In this document: positions 37,609 through 48,065 of the stretch, in pieces
How the letters are laid out: each line of letters starts with the position of its first letter
How positions within the stretch are numbered: the first letter of the stretch is position 1
Source of the DNA: an uncultured Candidatus Binatia bacterium
Lineage (GTDB): Bacteria; Desulfobacterota; Binatia; Bin18
DNA: 64,000 nucleotides
Direction of reading: 5' to 3'
NCBI GenBank assembly: GCA_965214605.1
Contig: OZ243961.1
Coordinates: 2,752,001 to 2,816,000 of the forward strand
The notes under the pieces: generated by a model
What the model was told of the DNA's origin: nothing
What the model saw: only the letters and a program-made list of their open reading frames with translations
Databases searched by the model: none
Made by a program: the position numbers and the translations under genes

Positions 37609-39223
37609 TGACGACCTGAGGAAGCGGAAGAGGTCATCGCCTCCCTCGTATCGACTGAGCACCGCCATTGTCGTGTTCCCAAGCCTGGCCTGTGCGGGGC
37701 TGTTGGGAATGGTGGGTTTTTACACCCTGCCCGAAGGCGGTCGCCCGGCCTGGCTGTGGTATGCGGCGCTTGGCTTGGGGCTGTTTGCGCTGTTGGGAGC
37801 TTTTTTCTTGGGTCGGAGCGTGGCGCGGTGTCTTGCTGGCTTGCAGGTCTGGGTCTCTGCCGCCCCGGAGGGCGTCCTGCCCCCCGGCCCGCTGGTGCGC
37901 AAAGCCGATGAGATCAGGAGTGTCGAAGACGCCCTCTCTCAGTTGCTGCAAGCGCAACGCGAACAGGTGCGACGTTTACACAACGCCCGCCACGTTCTTG
38001 AGGTGGTACTCCAGAGCATGACCGAAGGAGTCATCGTGCTGGACGCGAGCAGCCATATTCGTTTCTCCAACCGGGCCGCCCACGCACTCTTGGGCCTGCC
38101 TGAAGAGGTCGACTTTCAGGCCAAGCCCCTGGTGGACCTCTCCCGCCATCCTGCTCTCCACGACATGGTCCGGGCCGTGCTTGATAGCCCACCCGGGGCC
38201 GAGGCCCTGACCCAGGAGATTGAGATAGAGGGAGAGCAGGCCCGCTCGCTGGCGGTCAGCGCGATTCAGATGAACGTCTCTTCCCATTTCCTGCCCTGGC
38301 AAAAGAGGGATGGAGAGAGGAACGCGAGCAAGGCGGGCGATGATGATCCCTTCCTTGGCAAGATCGCCTCACCGACCTTGGCGGTGAGTGGGATCATTCT
38401 GGCTCTGCACGATCTAACCGAACTCAAACAGCTCGAAGCTGTCCGGGCCGATTTTGTGGCCAACGTCTCGCATGAGCTGCGCACCCCCCTGACCGCAATT
38501 AAGGGCTATGCCGAAACCCTGTTGAACGGGGCGCTCAACGATCTGCCTATCGTTACCCGCTTCCTGGCCATTATCGACCGTCACTCAGAGCGTCTCAGCC
38601 GTTTGATTGACGATCTGCTCACCCTGTCCGACCTTGAGCTAGGCAAAACCGAACTGCACCGCGACACGATTGTGTTGAGTCAGCTGATTGATGAGGTGTT
38701 CGAGCTGCTCAAAGACAAGGCCGCCAGCGGTCAGGTGCGGCTGAGTGCTGCGGTGCCGGAGTCCTTACCCGCGCTGTCTGGCGACGCCGACCGGCTCCAC
38801 CAGGTCCTGCTGAATCTCGTTGATAACGCTGTCAAATACACGCCCCCAGGTGGGTGGGTAACGGTCTCCGCTCGCACTGCAGCAACCTCGGACCTGAACG
38901 GCGACAACGTGGACGGTGAGAGCGACCCGAGTCTACAAGAGAGCATCGCCCACGTTGACGGGAGGGGCAATGGGCGGGCCGGCTCTGGCTGGCTGGAGGT
39001 AGCGGTTACCGATACCGGCTGCGGTATTCCTGCGGCTGATATTCCACGCCTGACCCAACGCTTTTACCGGGCCGATAAGGCTCGCTCACGGGAACTCGGT
39101 GGGACCGGACTCGGTCTGGCTATTGTCAAGCATATTGTCCAGGCTCACGGCGGATTTTTGCATATCGAGAGTCAGCTCGACAGAGGGACGACGATGCAGA
39201 TCTTTTTACCGTTCGACGGTTAG
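37601..39223 (+). CDS. phoR: Sensor histidine kinase PhoR
   Basis: 2 TM, PAS, DFVANVSHELRTP, NAVKY, GGTGLGLAIVKH. Confidence 0.88.
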   Translation: MADDDLRKRKRSSPPSYRLSTAIVVFPSLACAGLLGMVGFYTLPEGGRPAWLWYAALGLGLFALLGAFFLGRSVARCLAGLQVWVSAAPEGVLPPGPLVRKADEIRSVEDALSQLLQAQREQVRRLHNARHVLEVVLQSMTEGVIVLDASSHIRFSNRAAHALLGLPEEVDFQAKPLVDLSRHPALHDMVRAVLDSPPGAEALTQEIEIEGEQARSLAVSAIQMNVSSHFLPWQKRDGERNASKAGDDDPFLGKIASPTLAVSGIILALHDLTELKQLEAVRADFVANVSHELRTPLTAIKGYAETLLNGALNDLPIVTRFLAIIDRHSERLSRLIDDLLTLSDLELGKTELHRDTIVLSQLIDEVFELLKDKAASGQVRLSAAVPESLPALSGDADRLHQVLLNLVDNAVKYTPPGGWVTVSARTAATSDLNGDNVDGESDPSLQESIAHVDGRGNGRAGSGWLEVAVTDTGCGIPAADIPRLTQRFYRADKARSRELGGTGLGLAIVKHIVQAHGGFLHIESQLDRGTTMQIFLPFDG

Positions 39224-39253
39224 GAACAGCCCGACGCGGCATTCGAGGTGCGG

Positions 39254-39895
39254 TCAGACTTCGTGTGCTGAACGTTCCAGCGCCTGCAGAATCAAGTCTG
39301 CCGTCCCTGATTGGCCCCACACGCTCGAATCAATCAACATGTGATAGCGGCTCGGGTTACGCCAATCATCGTGGTAGAAGGTATGGACATAGTCAGCGCG
39401 CAGACGATCCATGCCGGTAATTCGCCGCTCGGCTTCCTCGTGCAAGAGGCTCTCGACTTCCATCACCCGCTTGATACGGGTCTGGAGCGGGGCGACGAGA
39501 AAGACGTGCAGTGCAGTCGGCTGCTGGGCCAGGACATAATTCCCGCCTCGGCCGACAATAATCGCCTGTCCGCCCTCGGCCACCTCTTCAATCAGAGACC
39601 GGGTCATCCGGACGAGTTGGGCGTCGTTGAGCCACAGCGGCGGTGGAATGTCGTAGGCTGACTCAAAGCCGCCCATGCCGAACAGACCGACCATACGCTC
39701 AATAAAGGAATCGACCCGTTCGTCTTTGGAGTCGATATACTCTTCCGACACCTTGTACTGGGTGGCGATTTTGCGAACGATCTCCTTTTCCCACACAGTC
39801 CAGCCCAAGCGGCGGCCGAGGTCGTGAGCAATACGGCTCCCGCCACTGCCATACATGTGAGAAATAGTCAGGACCGACTTGGTTCCGCTAACCAT
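39254..39895 (-). CDS. Cytidylate kinase-like family protein
   Basis: TISHMYGSGG, IIVGRGG, YHMLIDSS. Confidence 0.8.
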   Translation of the reverse strand: MVSGTKSVLTISHMYGSGGSRIAHDLGRRLGWTVWEKEIVRKIATQYKVSEEYIDSKDERVDSFIERMVGLFGMGGFESAYDIPPPLWLNDAQLVRMTRSLIEEVAEGGQAIIVGRGGNYVLAQQPTALHVFLVAPLQTRIKRVMEVESLLHEEAERRITGMDRLRADYVHTFYHDDWRNPSRYHMLIDSSVWGQSGTADLILQALERSAHEV

Positions 39896-39991
39896 AGCGG
39901 CCTCCTTTTGAAGCAGAGAGATCGGCCATCATCACTCTCTGTGTTAGCATAACACACTGGTCTCGGGGAACGATGCCGACCACCCTGTGCA

Positions 39992-40582
39992 TCAGCCGTG
40001 CAGTTCCGTTGCGATAATGTAGGTTTCTGCCGAACTTTTGCGCGTCGCCTGGGGTTTACTCGTCTTGACCGTCGTAAAGCTGGTGCGCAGGTCTGCCAGC
40101 AAGGCTCTGTGACCACTATCCATAAACGCCTTGAGTAGGAAGGCTCCGCCCGGTCTGAGGAGGCGGGCGGTGCACGATACGGCAGCCCGACTGAGTTCCC
40201 GGCTACGCGTCTCGTCACGCTCACGGATTCCGCTCAGCTTTGGGGCCATATCGGACAGCAGGATATCGGCCGGTCCGTCGAGCAAGCTGAGCAGCTGGCG
40301 CTGTTGGGCCGGGTCGGTGGCATCGCCCTGGACCGCAGTCACATTGTCTGCCTTGAGAGGGGCGATGGGTTCCAGATCAATGCCGATGACCTTGCCCCGG
40401 GGACCGACGAGCTCAGCCGCCACCTGTAGCCAGCCACCGGGCCAGGCGCCGAGATCGATAACCCGCTGACCGGGCCGCAGCAGACCAAAGCTGTGACTGA
40501 GTTCGAGCAGTTTATAGGCGGCCCGCGAGCGATAGCCGGCCTGCTTGGCCTTTTTATAAAAGACGTCTTTCCGCTTGTACAC
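39992..40582 (-). CDS. rlmE: 23S rRNA Um2552 methyltransferase
   Basis: GYRSRAAYKL, DLGAWPGGW, SDMAP. Confidence 0.93.
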   Translation of the reverse strand: MYKRKDVFYKKAKQAGYRSRAAYKLLELSHSFGLLRPGQRVIDLGAWPGGWLQVAAELVGPRGKVIGIDLEPIAPLKADNVTAVQGDATDPAQQRQLLSLLDGPADILLSDMAPKLSGIRERDETRSRELSRAAVSCTARLLRPGGAFLLKAFMDSGHRALLADLRTSFTTVKTSKPQATRKSSAETYIIATELHG

Positions 40583-40593
40583 AGAGGGCGCTT

Positions 40594-41361
40594 TTACTTT
40601 GGTGCCATCCGAATCGCTCCATCAAGACGGATGGTCTCTCCGTTTAACATCACGTTTTCAACAATATGGCAGGCCAGCGCGGCGTATTCGGCCGGGGTGC
40701 CCAGGCGCTGGGGAAACGGAATACTGGCCCCCAGGGACTGTCGGGCCGCTTCGGGCAAACCCATCAGCATCGGAGTTTCAAAGATCCCCGGTGCAATCGT
40801 GCAGCAGCGTATGCCGTCCCGAGACAGGTCGCGGGCAATCGGCAGGGTCATGCCCACCACCCCGCCTTTTGAGGCCGAGTAGGCCGCCTGTCCGATTTGT
40901 CCGTCAAAGGCGGCAACCGAGGCGGTGTTAATGATCACGCCCCGTTCCCCGTCTGCCGTGGGTTCGTTTTTGGCCATCTGAGCGGCGGCAAGACGAATGG
41001 CGTTAAACGTCCCGATGAGGTTGACTTCAATAGTGCGTTTGAACGGGCCGAGGTCCAGAGGCGCGCCTTTGCCCAGAGTCCTGCCGGCGGTTGCAATACC
41101 GGCACAGTTGACCAACGCATGGATTGTGCCAAAGGCAGCGGCCGTCTTGTCAATGGCCGCCGCAATCTGGTCTTCGTCGGTCACGTCGGCCTCAACAAAC
41201 AGCGCGTTATCGCCCAGCTCTCGGGTAGTTGCTGCCCCGCGTGAACGACTAAGATCAAGGATGGCGACCTTGGCACCTTTGGCAATCAGGGCTCGGCTCG
41301 TGCCCTCTCCTAGTCCCGAACCACCACCGGTCACAACGGCAACAGTTTTTTGAATATCCAT
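40594..41361 (-). CDS. SDR, 3-hydroxyacyl-CoA dehydrogenase type II (HSD17B10-like)
   Basis: [34 protein letters not shown]. Confidence 0.9.
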   Translation of the reverse strand: MDIQKTVAVVTGGGSGLGEGTSRALIAKGAKVAILDLSRSRGAATTRELGDNALFVEADVTDEDQIAAAIDKTAAAFGTIHALVNCAGIATAGRTLGKGAPLDLGPFKRTIEVNLIGTFNAIRLAAAQMAKNEPTADGERGVIINTASVAAFDGQIGQAAYSASKGGVVGMTLPIARDLSRDGIRCCTIAPGIFETPMLMGLPEAARQSLGASIPFPQRLGTPAEYAALACHIVENVMLNGETIRLDGAIRMAPK

Positions 41362-41431
41362 CTCTCTCCTCTCGGCTATCAGTTTCCAGTTTCGCGTTCC
41401 CTGAGGCTCTTCGTTCCATCCGGGCTGCTTT

Positions 41432-44400
41432 TTAAATCCCACGCGGCCGGATATAGCGCTGGTAGACTTTGGGCAGCTCGGTCGGCAGCGAGGCCACATC
41501 GTCGAGCACCAAGTAGCGCGACGGTTCGCACATCTCGCGTAAATAATCATGGCCGGCCTTATCAACCGTCAGACAGAAGGTCAGCACCCCGGCCTCTTCG
41601 GCTTCGCGCAGGGCAACCATGGTGTCCCGAATACCGTACGTCGTGGAGCGTCGATCCGGACCGTAATCCATGTCTTGAGGAAAGCCATCACTCAGCAGGA
41701 TTAAGAGCTTGACCCGACACGCCATCTCTTTGAGTTTTTCCAAAGAATGCCGCACCGCCGGGCCCATCCGGGTCGAGCGTTTGGGTTCGATGGCGCCGAT
41801 GCGCCCTTTGACTGTCGGCGACAAAGCCTCGACAAACGACTTGACGTGGTAGAATTCGATGTTGTCCTTTCCCTGGCCTGAGAAACCATAGATGGCGTAG
41901 GAGTCGCCGATCTCTTCGAGGGCCTCTGCCATGAGCACCAAGGTCTCTTTGGTGACGTCGATAATGCGGCGCGGAGCGGCACGGGCTGGGGGCGCCTGCC
42001 GGTCATCGGACTCTTTGTCTCCGGCGTCACGCGCCAGCGGCTCGTCCGTTGAGGCGCTCATATCGAGCAAAAAGAGGGCGGCCACATCGCGCTCGGTCTG
42101 ACGCCGTTCGGTGTACAGCTTGGCCGAGGGAACGAGCCGGGTGCGCATATCGACCACCGCCGTCACCACGGCGTTCAGATCATACTCGTGGCCGTCTTCA
42201 AGGCCACGCACCAGCCGATACTGTTCCGGCCGGATGCGTTGGAACTCGTGCTTGATAGCCGGGGTAAGGGCCGTATAATTGTTGAGCGTCTGAGCAAAGA
42301 ATTCGCCGGCGTCACCGGTCAGAACGATCTCCCGTAAGCGACACCAACGGGTGCGGTAGTCGGCGATCTGATAGTCCCACTCGTCATAGTAAAAGGTCAG
42401 GCCTTCTTCGCGTTGGGGGTGACGGTGGACGCCCGGAATGGCCGGATCGTTCGTGGCGGTGATTTGCTCCATGTCGCCTTGGCCCGGAAGTTTCCCAGTC
42501 AAGTCGCTGACGTATAGCCCTTGAGGAGTGAGCTTGTTCTGCTTGCCCTCACGAATCTGGAGGTCGACACCAGCCTCAATCAGGGCTTTGAGTTCTTCGG
42601 CCGACAGGGGACTCTCGCCCTCTTCCTCCTCCGTTTTGTCCTCTAACTGCAACTTGGGCATATCGATCGGCTCTTGAGCCGGCGGTGGACTCTCGTCATC
42701 ATCCATGTCCGGATCAATCAACGCATCACCGCTCAATTTGTCAAAGACGAGAGAGCCAAAGTCCGAAGCGTCGTCCGGGTTGAGACGAGCGGCGGCCAGC
42801 GAGGATAGGAGCCGCAGGTAGATCTTGGCCGCTGTTATGGCCGAGTCGTACACCGACCAAGTGGACGCTGTATTCTGTTGGAATCGGAGATTGTCCTCAT
42901 GCACTTTGTGCCCGTTTGTGGTGAGCTGATGGGCAGAGGGCAGCAGGTCTGACCACAGTGCGCTCAGGGAAACGAGGGTTTCGGGCAGCAGGGAGGGCAG
43001 GGACGCGTCGTTCAGCCACGTCACGTCTGCGCTGAGGCCTCGATAGACCGTGGCCAGGCAGGCTTGGACACGCTGGGTTTCGGTGAGTACAAACAGTGCC
43101 TCAACAATGTCGGGATGAACAAAGCAGCGAAAATACTCGGCGAGGCCGCCTACCGGAGTCGCATCTTTACGCATGATTTGACGGACCGCGGGCGGGAGAT
43201 CTGACCAGAGCCGGCCAAGCGAGAACTCGTAGGTGCCGAACTCGCGGCGGCCGGCCTGCTGAGCGGCTAAGGTACGGAACAACCGAAAGTTTTCCTCGTA
43301 GGTCTCAAAGACCTCAATCCGGCCCGGCAGGGGAAGTTCCTCGCCGCAGCTCATGGCTTCTTCAAGCGCGGGTGGGTAGGAGAAAAACTCTTGGCGTCGA
43401 ATGCCGACGGGGGTGCCGGTCAACATCTGGACGTATTTACGCAGCAATTCCTGGACATCGTCGAGATCAATGCCCGGAGACATCTGGCGCAGGACCTGAA
43501 AGCTGGTGCGTGACTCCAGGGCAAAATAGGCGAGCCCGGCCTCGGGGGTGTCGACGGCGATGCGCGCGCCTGTTGCTAACCAGTCCTGGAGCCCCTTATG
43601 ACCGGTTTCTTCATACGCCCGGGGTAAGGCCCGGAGCAGCGGCGGGATGGCAGCCGGAAAGGTGTTGGCGAGGCTGATCAAGCGGTGTTGCAGGTCTGGC
43701 TGTTGAGCCAGCCCCACGGCCTTGGCCACCGGTTCCAGCAACGGGAGTAGACCCGCGACCGCTGGCGGGACTGAACGAATCACCGGGGTCAGGGCGGACA
43801 GATAAAAAGACCGCAGCACTGGACTGAGGCTTGACAGGGTTGGTGGCAGACCAAAAAAAATCTCATTGGCCGCTGTGGCAGATCGGTCGGCCGCCTGTTG
43901 GACGGTGGACAGAAACGCCAGACGTTGGGGCTGACTCAAGGCCACAAAACCGTCTGGCAAACGTGTATAAAACGTCCACGGTCCAGACTCTTGGACCAGG
44001 ACGCCGAGTTTTGCCCAGGCCGCTATTTCCTCGGGACTCAGCACTGGGAGGGCGGCGGCTGCCGACGAGAAATAGGACACGGCCAGAAACTCCCCCTTCC
44101 AGCCTTTGCAGCCCAGCAGAAGCCGCCCCTGCTCGGCCCAAGCACGCAGGCGCGGGCCAAAGGGGACGGGCAGCTGATCAAAAAGCGGGGCCGAGGCTTG
44201 GAAGAACTGTGTCCCAAGGCGACGTGAGACCCGCAGGACATCACGACCGATCGCGACCCATTCTTGGGCCTGCTCAAGGCCGCGCCGTCGTACCAAGTCA
44301 GGTGGAATCGCAAAATAGGCAACCGCGCCGTCGCGTGAAGCTGGAACTTGCCCAGCCAAGTCCTCGCCGACTGCCGTCCAGCGTCCAAAACCCTCGGCGC

Positions 44401-44614
44401 CAAACACCCGCCAGGCGGTCGGCGCTTGACGACAAAAGGCTTGGGCCAGGGTCAGTGAGATCTCGGCCAGCCGGTCCCCTGTGCTCAGAATCGTCTCGCG
44501 TACCTCGGATGTCAGCGCTTCGAGTTCGGCCGACAGCGTCCGGCCCGGTTCGTCTCCAAGCAGATGGCGGGTATCAAACCACAGGTGACGGAGGGAAGAC
44601 ATCAGAGATAACAC
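41432..44614 (-). CDS. NorD/CbbO-type large vWA adaptor protein
   Basis: [37 protein letters not shown]; start 44614 or 44602. Confidence 0.8.
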   Translation of the reverse strand: MLSLMSSLRHLWFDTRHLLGDEPGRTLSAELEALTSEVRETILSTGDRLAEISLTLAQAFCRQAPTAWRVFGAEGFGRWTAVGEDLAGQVPASRDGAVAYFAIPPDLVRRRGLEQAQEWVAIGRDVLRVSRRLGTQFFQASAPLFDQLPVPFGPRLRAWAEQGRLLLGCKGWKGEFLAVSYFSSAAAALPVLSPEEIAAWAKLGVLVQESGPWTFYTRLPDGFVALSQPQRLAFLSTVQQAADRSATAANEIFFGLPPTLSSLSPVLRSFYLSALTPVIRSVPPAVAGLLPLLEPVAKAVGLAQQPDLQHRLISLANTFPAAIPPLLRALPRAYEETGHKGLQDWLATGARIAVDTPEAGLAYFALESRTSFQVLRQMSPGIDLDDVQELLRKYVQMLTGTPVGIRRQEFFSYPPALEEAMSCGEELPLPGRIEVFETYEENFRLFRTLAAQQAGRREFGTYEFSLGRLWSDLPPAVRQIMRKDATPVGGLAEYFRCFVHPDIVEALFVLTETQRVQACLATVYRGLSADVTWLNDASLPSLLPETLVSLSALWSDLLPSAHQLTTNGHKVHEDNLRFQQNTASTWSVYDSAITAAKIYLRLLSSLAAARLNPDDASDFGSLVFDKLSGDALIDPDMDDDESPPPAQEPIDMPKLQLEDKTEEEEGESPLSAEELKALIEAGVDLQIREGKQNKLTPQGLYVSDLTGKLPGQGDMEQITATNDPAIPGVHRHPQREEGLTFYYDEWDYQIADYRTRWCRLREIVLTGDAGEFFAQTLNNYTALTPAIKHEFQRIRPEQYRLVRGLEDGHEYDLNAVVTAVVDMRTRLVPSAKLYTERRQTERDVAALFLLDMSASTDEPLARDAGDKESDDRQAPPARAAPRRIIDVTKETLVLMAEALEEIGDSYAIYGFSGQGKDNIEFYHVKSFVEALSPTVKGRIGAIEPKRSTRMGPAVRHSLEKLKEMACRVKLLILLSDGFPQDMDYGPDRRSTTYGIRDTMVALREAEEAGVLTFCLTVDKAGHDYLREMCEPSRYLVLDDVASLPTELPKVYQRYIRPRGI

Positions 44615-44637
44615 CGAAGAGGACCGGCCGCCCCGCT

Positions 44638-45552
44638 TTAGACGTAGGTCAACCAGTGCCTATAGCTGCTGTCCGTTCCCTTGGTGAGGGCAAAGAAACG
44701 CTGTTGGAGGAAACGAGTCACTGCTCCGGGGGTCTCGCCGCGGATAGGTCGGTCGTCGAGTTCGCGGATAGGGGTCACTTCCGCGGCCGTGCCGGTGAAG
44801 AAAACCTCGTCAGCAAGATAGATATCGTCTCGCGTGAGGGGTTCTTCGGACAGGGGATAGCCGCCGTCGCGTAGCAGGGTGATCACCGTGTCGCGGGTGA
44901 TGCCGGGCAGCAGTGAGGTGGAGAGGGGTGGGGTTCTGATTTTCCCCTTACGGACGACAAAAATATTTTCGCCCGGACCTTCAGCCACATGGCCCTCGGT
45001 ATCTAACAACAGGGCTTCGTCATAGCCTAAAGCCCACACTTCCTGTCCGGCTAAAATGGCGTTCAGATAGGTTCCGACCGCTTTTGCTTTAGTCATCAGG
45101 GTATTGACGTGGAAGCGCTGAAAGGACGAGGTCTTAACCCGAATCCCGTTTTTCAGACCCTCTTCACCCAGGTAAGCTCCCCACGCCCAAGCGGCGACCG
45201 CCACCCGAATGGGGTTTGTCCGGGCATGCAACCCACGGTCGCCCTCGCCGACAAACACGAGCGGTCGGATATAGCACTCTTTGAGATTATTGACCCGGAC
45301 CGTTTCTAAACACGCGTGGGTGAGGTGCTCAGGCGTAAACGGAATTTTGAGATCAAGGATATGGGCCGAGTCAAATAAACGCTCAATATGCTCGGCAAGA
45401 CGGAAGACTGCCGAACGGCCGTCCTCACCGGCGTAGCAACGAATGCCCTCAAACACGCCGACGCCGTAGTGGAGGGTGTGAGTGAGCACATGCACATTGG
45501 CCTCGTGCCAAGCGACAAACTCGCCGTCCATCCAAATTTTGCCGTTTTCCAC
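44638..45552 (-). CDS. ilvE: Branched-chain amino acid aminotransferase
   Basis: LHYGVGVFEG, EGPGEN, LPGITR, GTAAEVTP. Confidence 0.95.
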   Translation of the reverse strand: MENGKIWMDGEFVAWHEANVHVLTHTLHYGVGVFEGIRCYAGEDGRSAVFRLAEHIERLFDSAHILDLKIPFTPEHLTHACLETVRVNNLKECYIRPLVFVGEGDRGLHARTNPIRVAVAAWAWGAYLGEEGLKNGIRVKTSSFQRFHVNTLMTKAKAVGTYLNAILAGQEVWALGYDEALLLDTEGHVAEGPGENIFVVRKGKIRTPPLSTSLLPGITRDTVITLLRDGGYPLSEEPLTRDDIYLADEVFFTGTAAEVTPIRELDDRPIRGETPGAVTRFLQQRFFALTKGTDSSYRHWLTYV

Positions 45553-45850
45553 GCCGTCCTCCTTCGCAAGAAGCTCCCTGCAAATCAGAACACTTAGCGA
45601 AAGTCAATGGAGGAATGGGGAGCTCTTATGGGACGTACTGTCCATGGATGCGCGAAGATGGATTGTTCCCTTTATGAAGTTGATAGCGGTTCTATTGGTT
45701 GGAGTCTTATGCACAGGGACCAGTGCGGTTGGGGCGGTTCGTTACGGGAGTGCGCGACAAGAGCAAAGTAGAGCGGGACCGCCCGCTCTACTTTGTCGGG
45801 CTGCTTTCATTCATTCCTGTCGATCGAAATGTTGACGAAAAAAGAGAAAC

Positions 45851-46849
45851 TCACGCCTCCTCTGTGTCGTGTAAGATCTGTCTGGCTTTCCTAGAGCCGG
45901 TTTTTGTGCCGTGTCTGCGGGCCGCTAGCCGGGCGAGAGAAATATGGCCTAGGAAGTGCTGCTGCTCGACTAGATGCAGCCGGGCCGAAAACGCGGTCTT
46001 GTCAAGCACGGCGAGCTCGCCGCCGATGAGGACCACGTTGCCCCCCACCACGGGAACCACCACGCTGCGCGGCCACGCCATCTCGAAGGTTGTACGGGCG
46101 GCCTCATAGCTGGAGATGCCTGAGTGCAGGTTAGTGGCAACCACACCGCCCGGAGCCAGACAGGCTCGACATTCGGTGTAAAATTCTTGGGTGGTCAAAT
46201 GGTATGGCACACCCTCAACGCGGTAGGCGTCGAGCAAGATCAGGTCATAGAACCGCCGGCCAGCGGTCTGGCGCAGATATTCCCGGCCGTCCTGGACGGT
46301 GATCTGTTGGCGGCCGTCTTGGATAATGCCAAAGAAGCGTTCGGCTGCCTCAACGACAAGCGCATCAAGCTCAACGGTATGCAGCGTCACTCGCTCCAGA
46401 TAGTGGTGGAGCACCATTTGCAAGCGTCCCCCGCCCAGGCCGATGAGGAGAATGCGTAGGGATTGGGGCCGCCAGATCAGAGGGAGGAGCATGGCTTGGG
46501 TATAGGCTGAGGGGAGCACAAGGGGGTCACTGAGGTCAAGCCGTGACTCGATTTCCTCAACCTGGCTGCGCGGGTGGCGGTAACACAGCAAGAGCTGGTT
46601 TCTTGTGCGGCGGACAATGATGTGGTTATAGGCCGAGACCTGCTCGTGCACGATGCCGGACCGAGCTGCGGCACGGACGGCGGCCAGACGTTGGCAAATG
46701 GCGGCCAAGTTGTGCTTTTGCCAGGCGGAGAAGACGGCCGGACGAGGGGGAGAGGTGAACGACGCTCTCTTGGTGATGAGGAGGTCCTCATCGCTGCCCT
46801 TTGAGGAGCGTGCCGAGAGTCTGTGCCGCATCCAACTCATCCAGCTCAT
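45851..46849 (-). CDS. Spermidine synthase-like SAM-dependent methyltransferase
   Basis: IGLGGG, VELD, DGR, LLDAY, TQEFY; start uncertain. Confidence 0.75.
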   Translation of the reverse strand: MSWMSWMRHRLSARSSKGSDEDLLITKRASFTSPPRPAVFSAWQKHNLAAICQRLAAVRAAARSGIVHEQVSAYNHIIVRRTRNQLLLCYRHPRSQVEEIESRLDLSDPLVLPSAYTQAMLLPLIWRPQSLRILLIGLGGGRLQMVLHHYLERVTLHTVELDALVVEAAERFFGIIQDGRQQITVQDGREYLRQTAGRRFYDLILLDAYRVEGVPYHLTTQEFYTECRACLAPGGVVATNLHSGISSYEAARTTFEMAWPRSVVVPVVGGNVVLIGGELAVLDKTAFSARLHLVEQQHFLGHISLARLAARRHGTKTGSRKARQILHDTEEA

Positions 46850-46926
46850 TGAGAGTGTCCGACCTAGGCTGCGTGGGCCGCTCGGTCTTGCCCGCTCAGC
46901 CTTACCTCGGGTCCGTATTTATGGTG

Positions 46927-47343
46927 TCATTTGACCGTGGCGATGGCGAGGCGGTGAAGACCCTCAGTCCGAGCCAGATCCATCACACTCACCACCCGAC
47001 CGTGCTGAACCTCTTGGTCGGCGCGGACCACGAGTGTAATCTCACTGCCCTTTTCCCGCTCGGCCTGGAACACGTCCTGAAGTCGCTCAAGGCTCGTCTC
47101 TTGTTCGTTCAAAAACAGGCCGCCGCTCTTGTCTAGACTCACGGTGAGGCGTTTTCGTTCCACTTGAGGGACAGCTGAAGAGGCCTCGGGCAGGCTGACG
47201 TCAACCTGTCCTTCTCTAGCCTGATTAAATGTGGCTAGAAAGCTGAAAGTGATGAAGAAGAAGATGAACATGTTCATGATGATGTCGGTCAGCGCCACCG
47301 AGTCGAGGCTCAGGTTGGGTTGTGAGTGCTTGCTAAACTGCAT
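46927..47343 (-). CDS. ExbD/TolR family protein
   Basis: ALTDIIMNMFIFF TM with conserved Asp, VSLP, RAD. Confidence 0.88.
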   Translation of the reverse strand: MQFSKHSQPNLSLDSVALTDIIMNMFIFFFITFSFLATFNQAREGQVDVSLPEASSAVPQVERKRLTVSLDKSGGLFLNEQETSLERLQDVFQAEREKGSEITLVVRADQEVQHGRVVSVMDLARTEGLHRLAIATVK

Positions 47344-47998
47344 CGCTGAGCGACTCCTGGAGCTGAGCTTGGGTGAGCATGTCGACGAGGCTTTCGGTAT
47401 GTTCTTCGGTGAGTCGGGTCAGATATCTGACCCGGGTGGTGAGGTGATGATAGATCAGATAGTACGGAATCGTCACACTGAGACCGGCGGCGGTGGTAAT
47501 CATGGCTTCGTAGATGCCGCCAGCCAATATATTAATTGTAATCTGATCGCCCATTGCCTCCCAGCTCATAAAGGCGCGGATCAGACCAATAATGGTGCCC
47601 AGAAATCCCAACATCGGTGCCACCCCAACCACAGCGGCTAGTATGCCCAGATAGGACTCCAGACCGGCGACTACAGCCCCGCCTAAACGTTCAAGCCGCC
47701 GGGTCAATTCGCTAGAAGCGAACTCACGGTACACAATGGCGGCTTCAAACAGCCGACTGAGCGGGCTGGTGTATTCCCGGCAGACGCTCAGAGCGAGCGA
47801 GATATTGCCCTCGGCCAGCTGTGCCTCAAGACGTCGGTTGAGGGTGCTGAGGTGGTTCCGAAAGCGCCACAGGGACCAGAATTTGGCCAGTACAACGGCC
47901 AAGGCGACTACCGACAGGGCGGCGATTATGAACAGTACGGTGCCGCCCTTGGCTAGAAAGAGCCAGACTCCTTGATCTGTTGGTGAAATGGTGATCGT
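47333..47998 (-). CDS. MotA/TolQ/ExbB proton channel protein (no canonical start before the first TM)
   Basis: APMLGFLGTIIGLI, LAGGIYEAMITTAAGL; frame open upstream through GVWLFLAKGG to a stop at 48010. Confidence 0.8.
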   Translation of the reverse strand, partial: TITISPTDQGVWLFLAKGGTVLFIIAALSVVALAVVLAKFWSLWRFRNHLSTLNRRLEAQLAEGNISLALSVCREYTSPLSRLFEAAIVYREFASSELTRRLERLGGAVVAGLESYLGILAAVVGVAPMLGFLGTIIGLIRAFMSWEAMGDQITINILAGGIYEAMITTAAGLSVTIPYYLIYHHLTTRVRYLTRLTEEHTESLVDMLTQAQLQESLSDAV

Positions 47999-48065
47999 GA
48001 TATCCTTTCAGCCTTTTTTGTTATCACGCTCACCGTTTTTGGCATAGCCCGGTCTTTGCCGTCGA

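Noticed and set aside
43831-44874. Long antisense ORFs (this one, 12312-13193, 26807-27589, 31894-32691 and others)
   Set aside because: Shadows of well-supported genes on the opposite strand in GC-rich DNA
48013-48021. A_AAA_AAG slippery site as a route into exbB2
   Set aside because: A -1 shift there meets TGA (48010-48008) almost immediately
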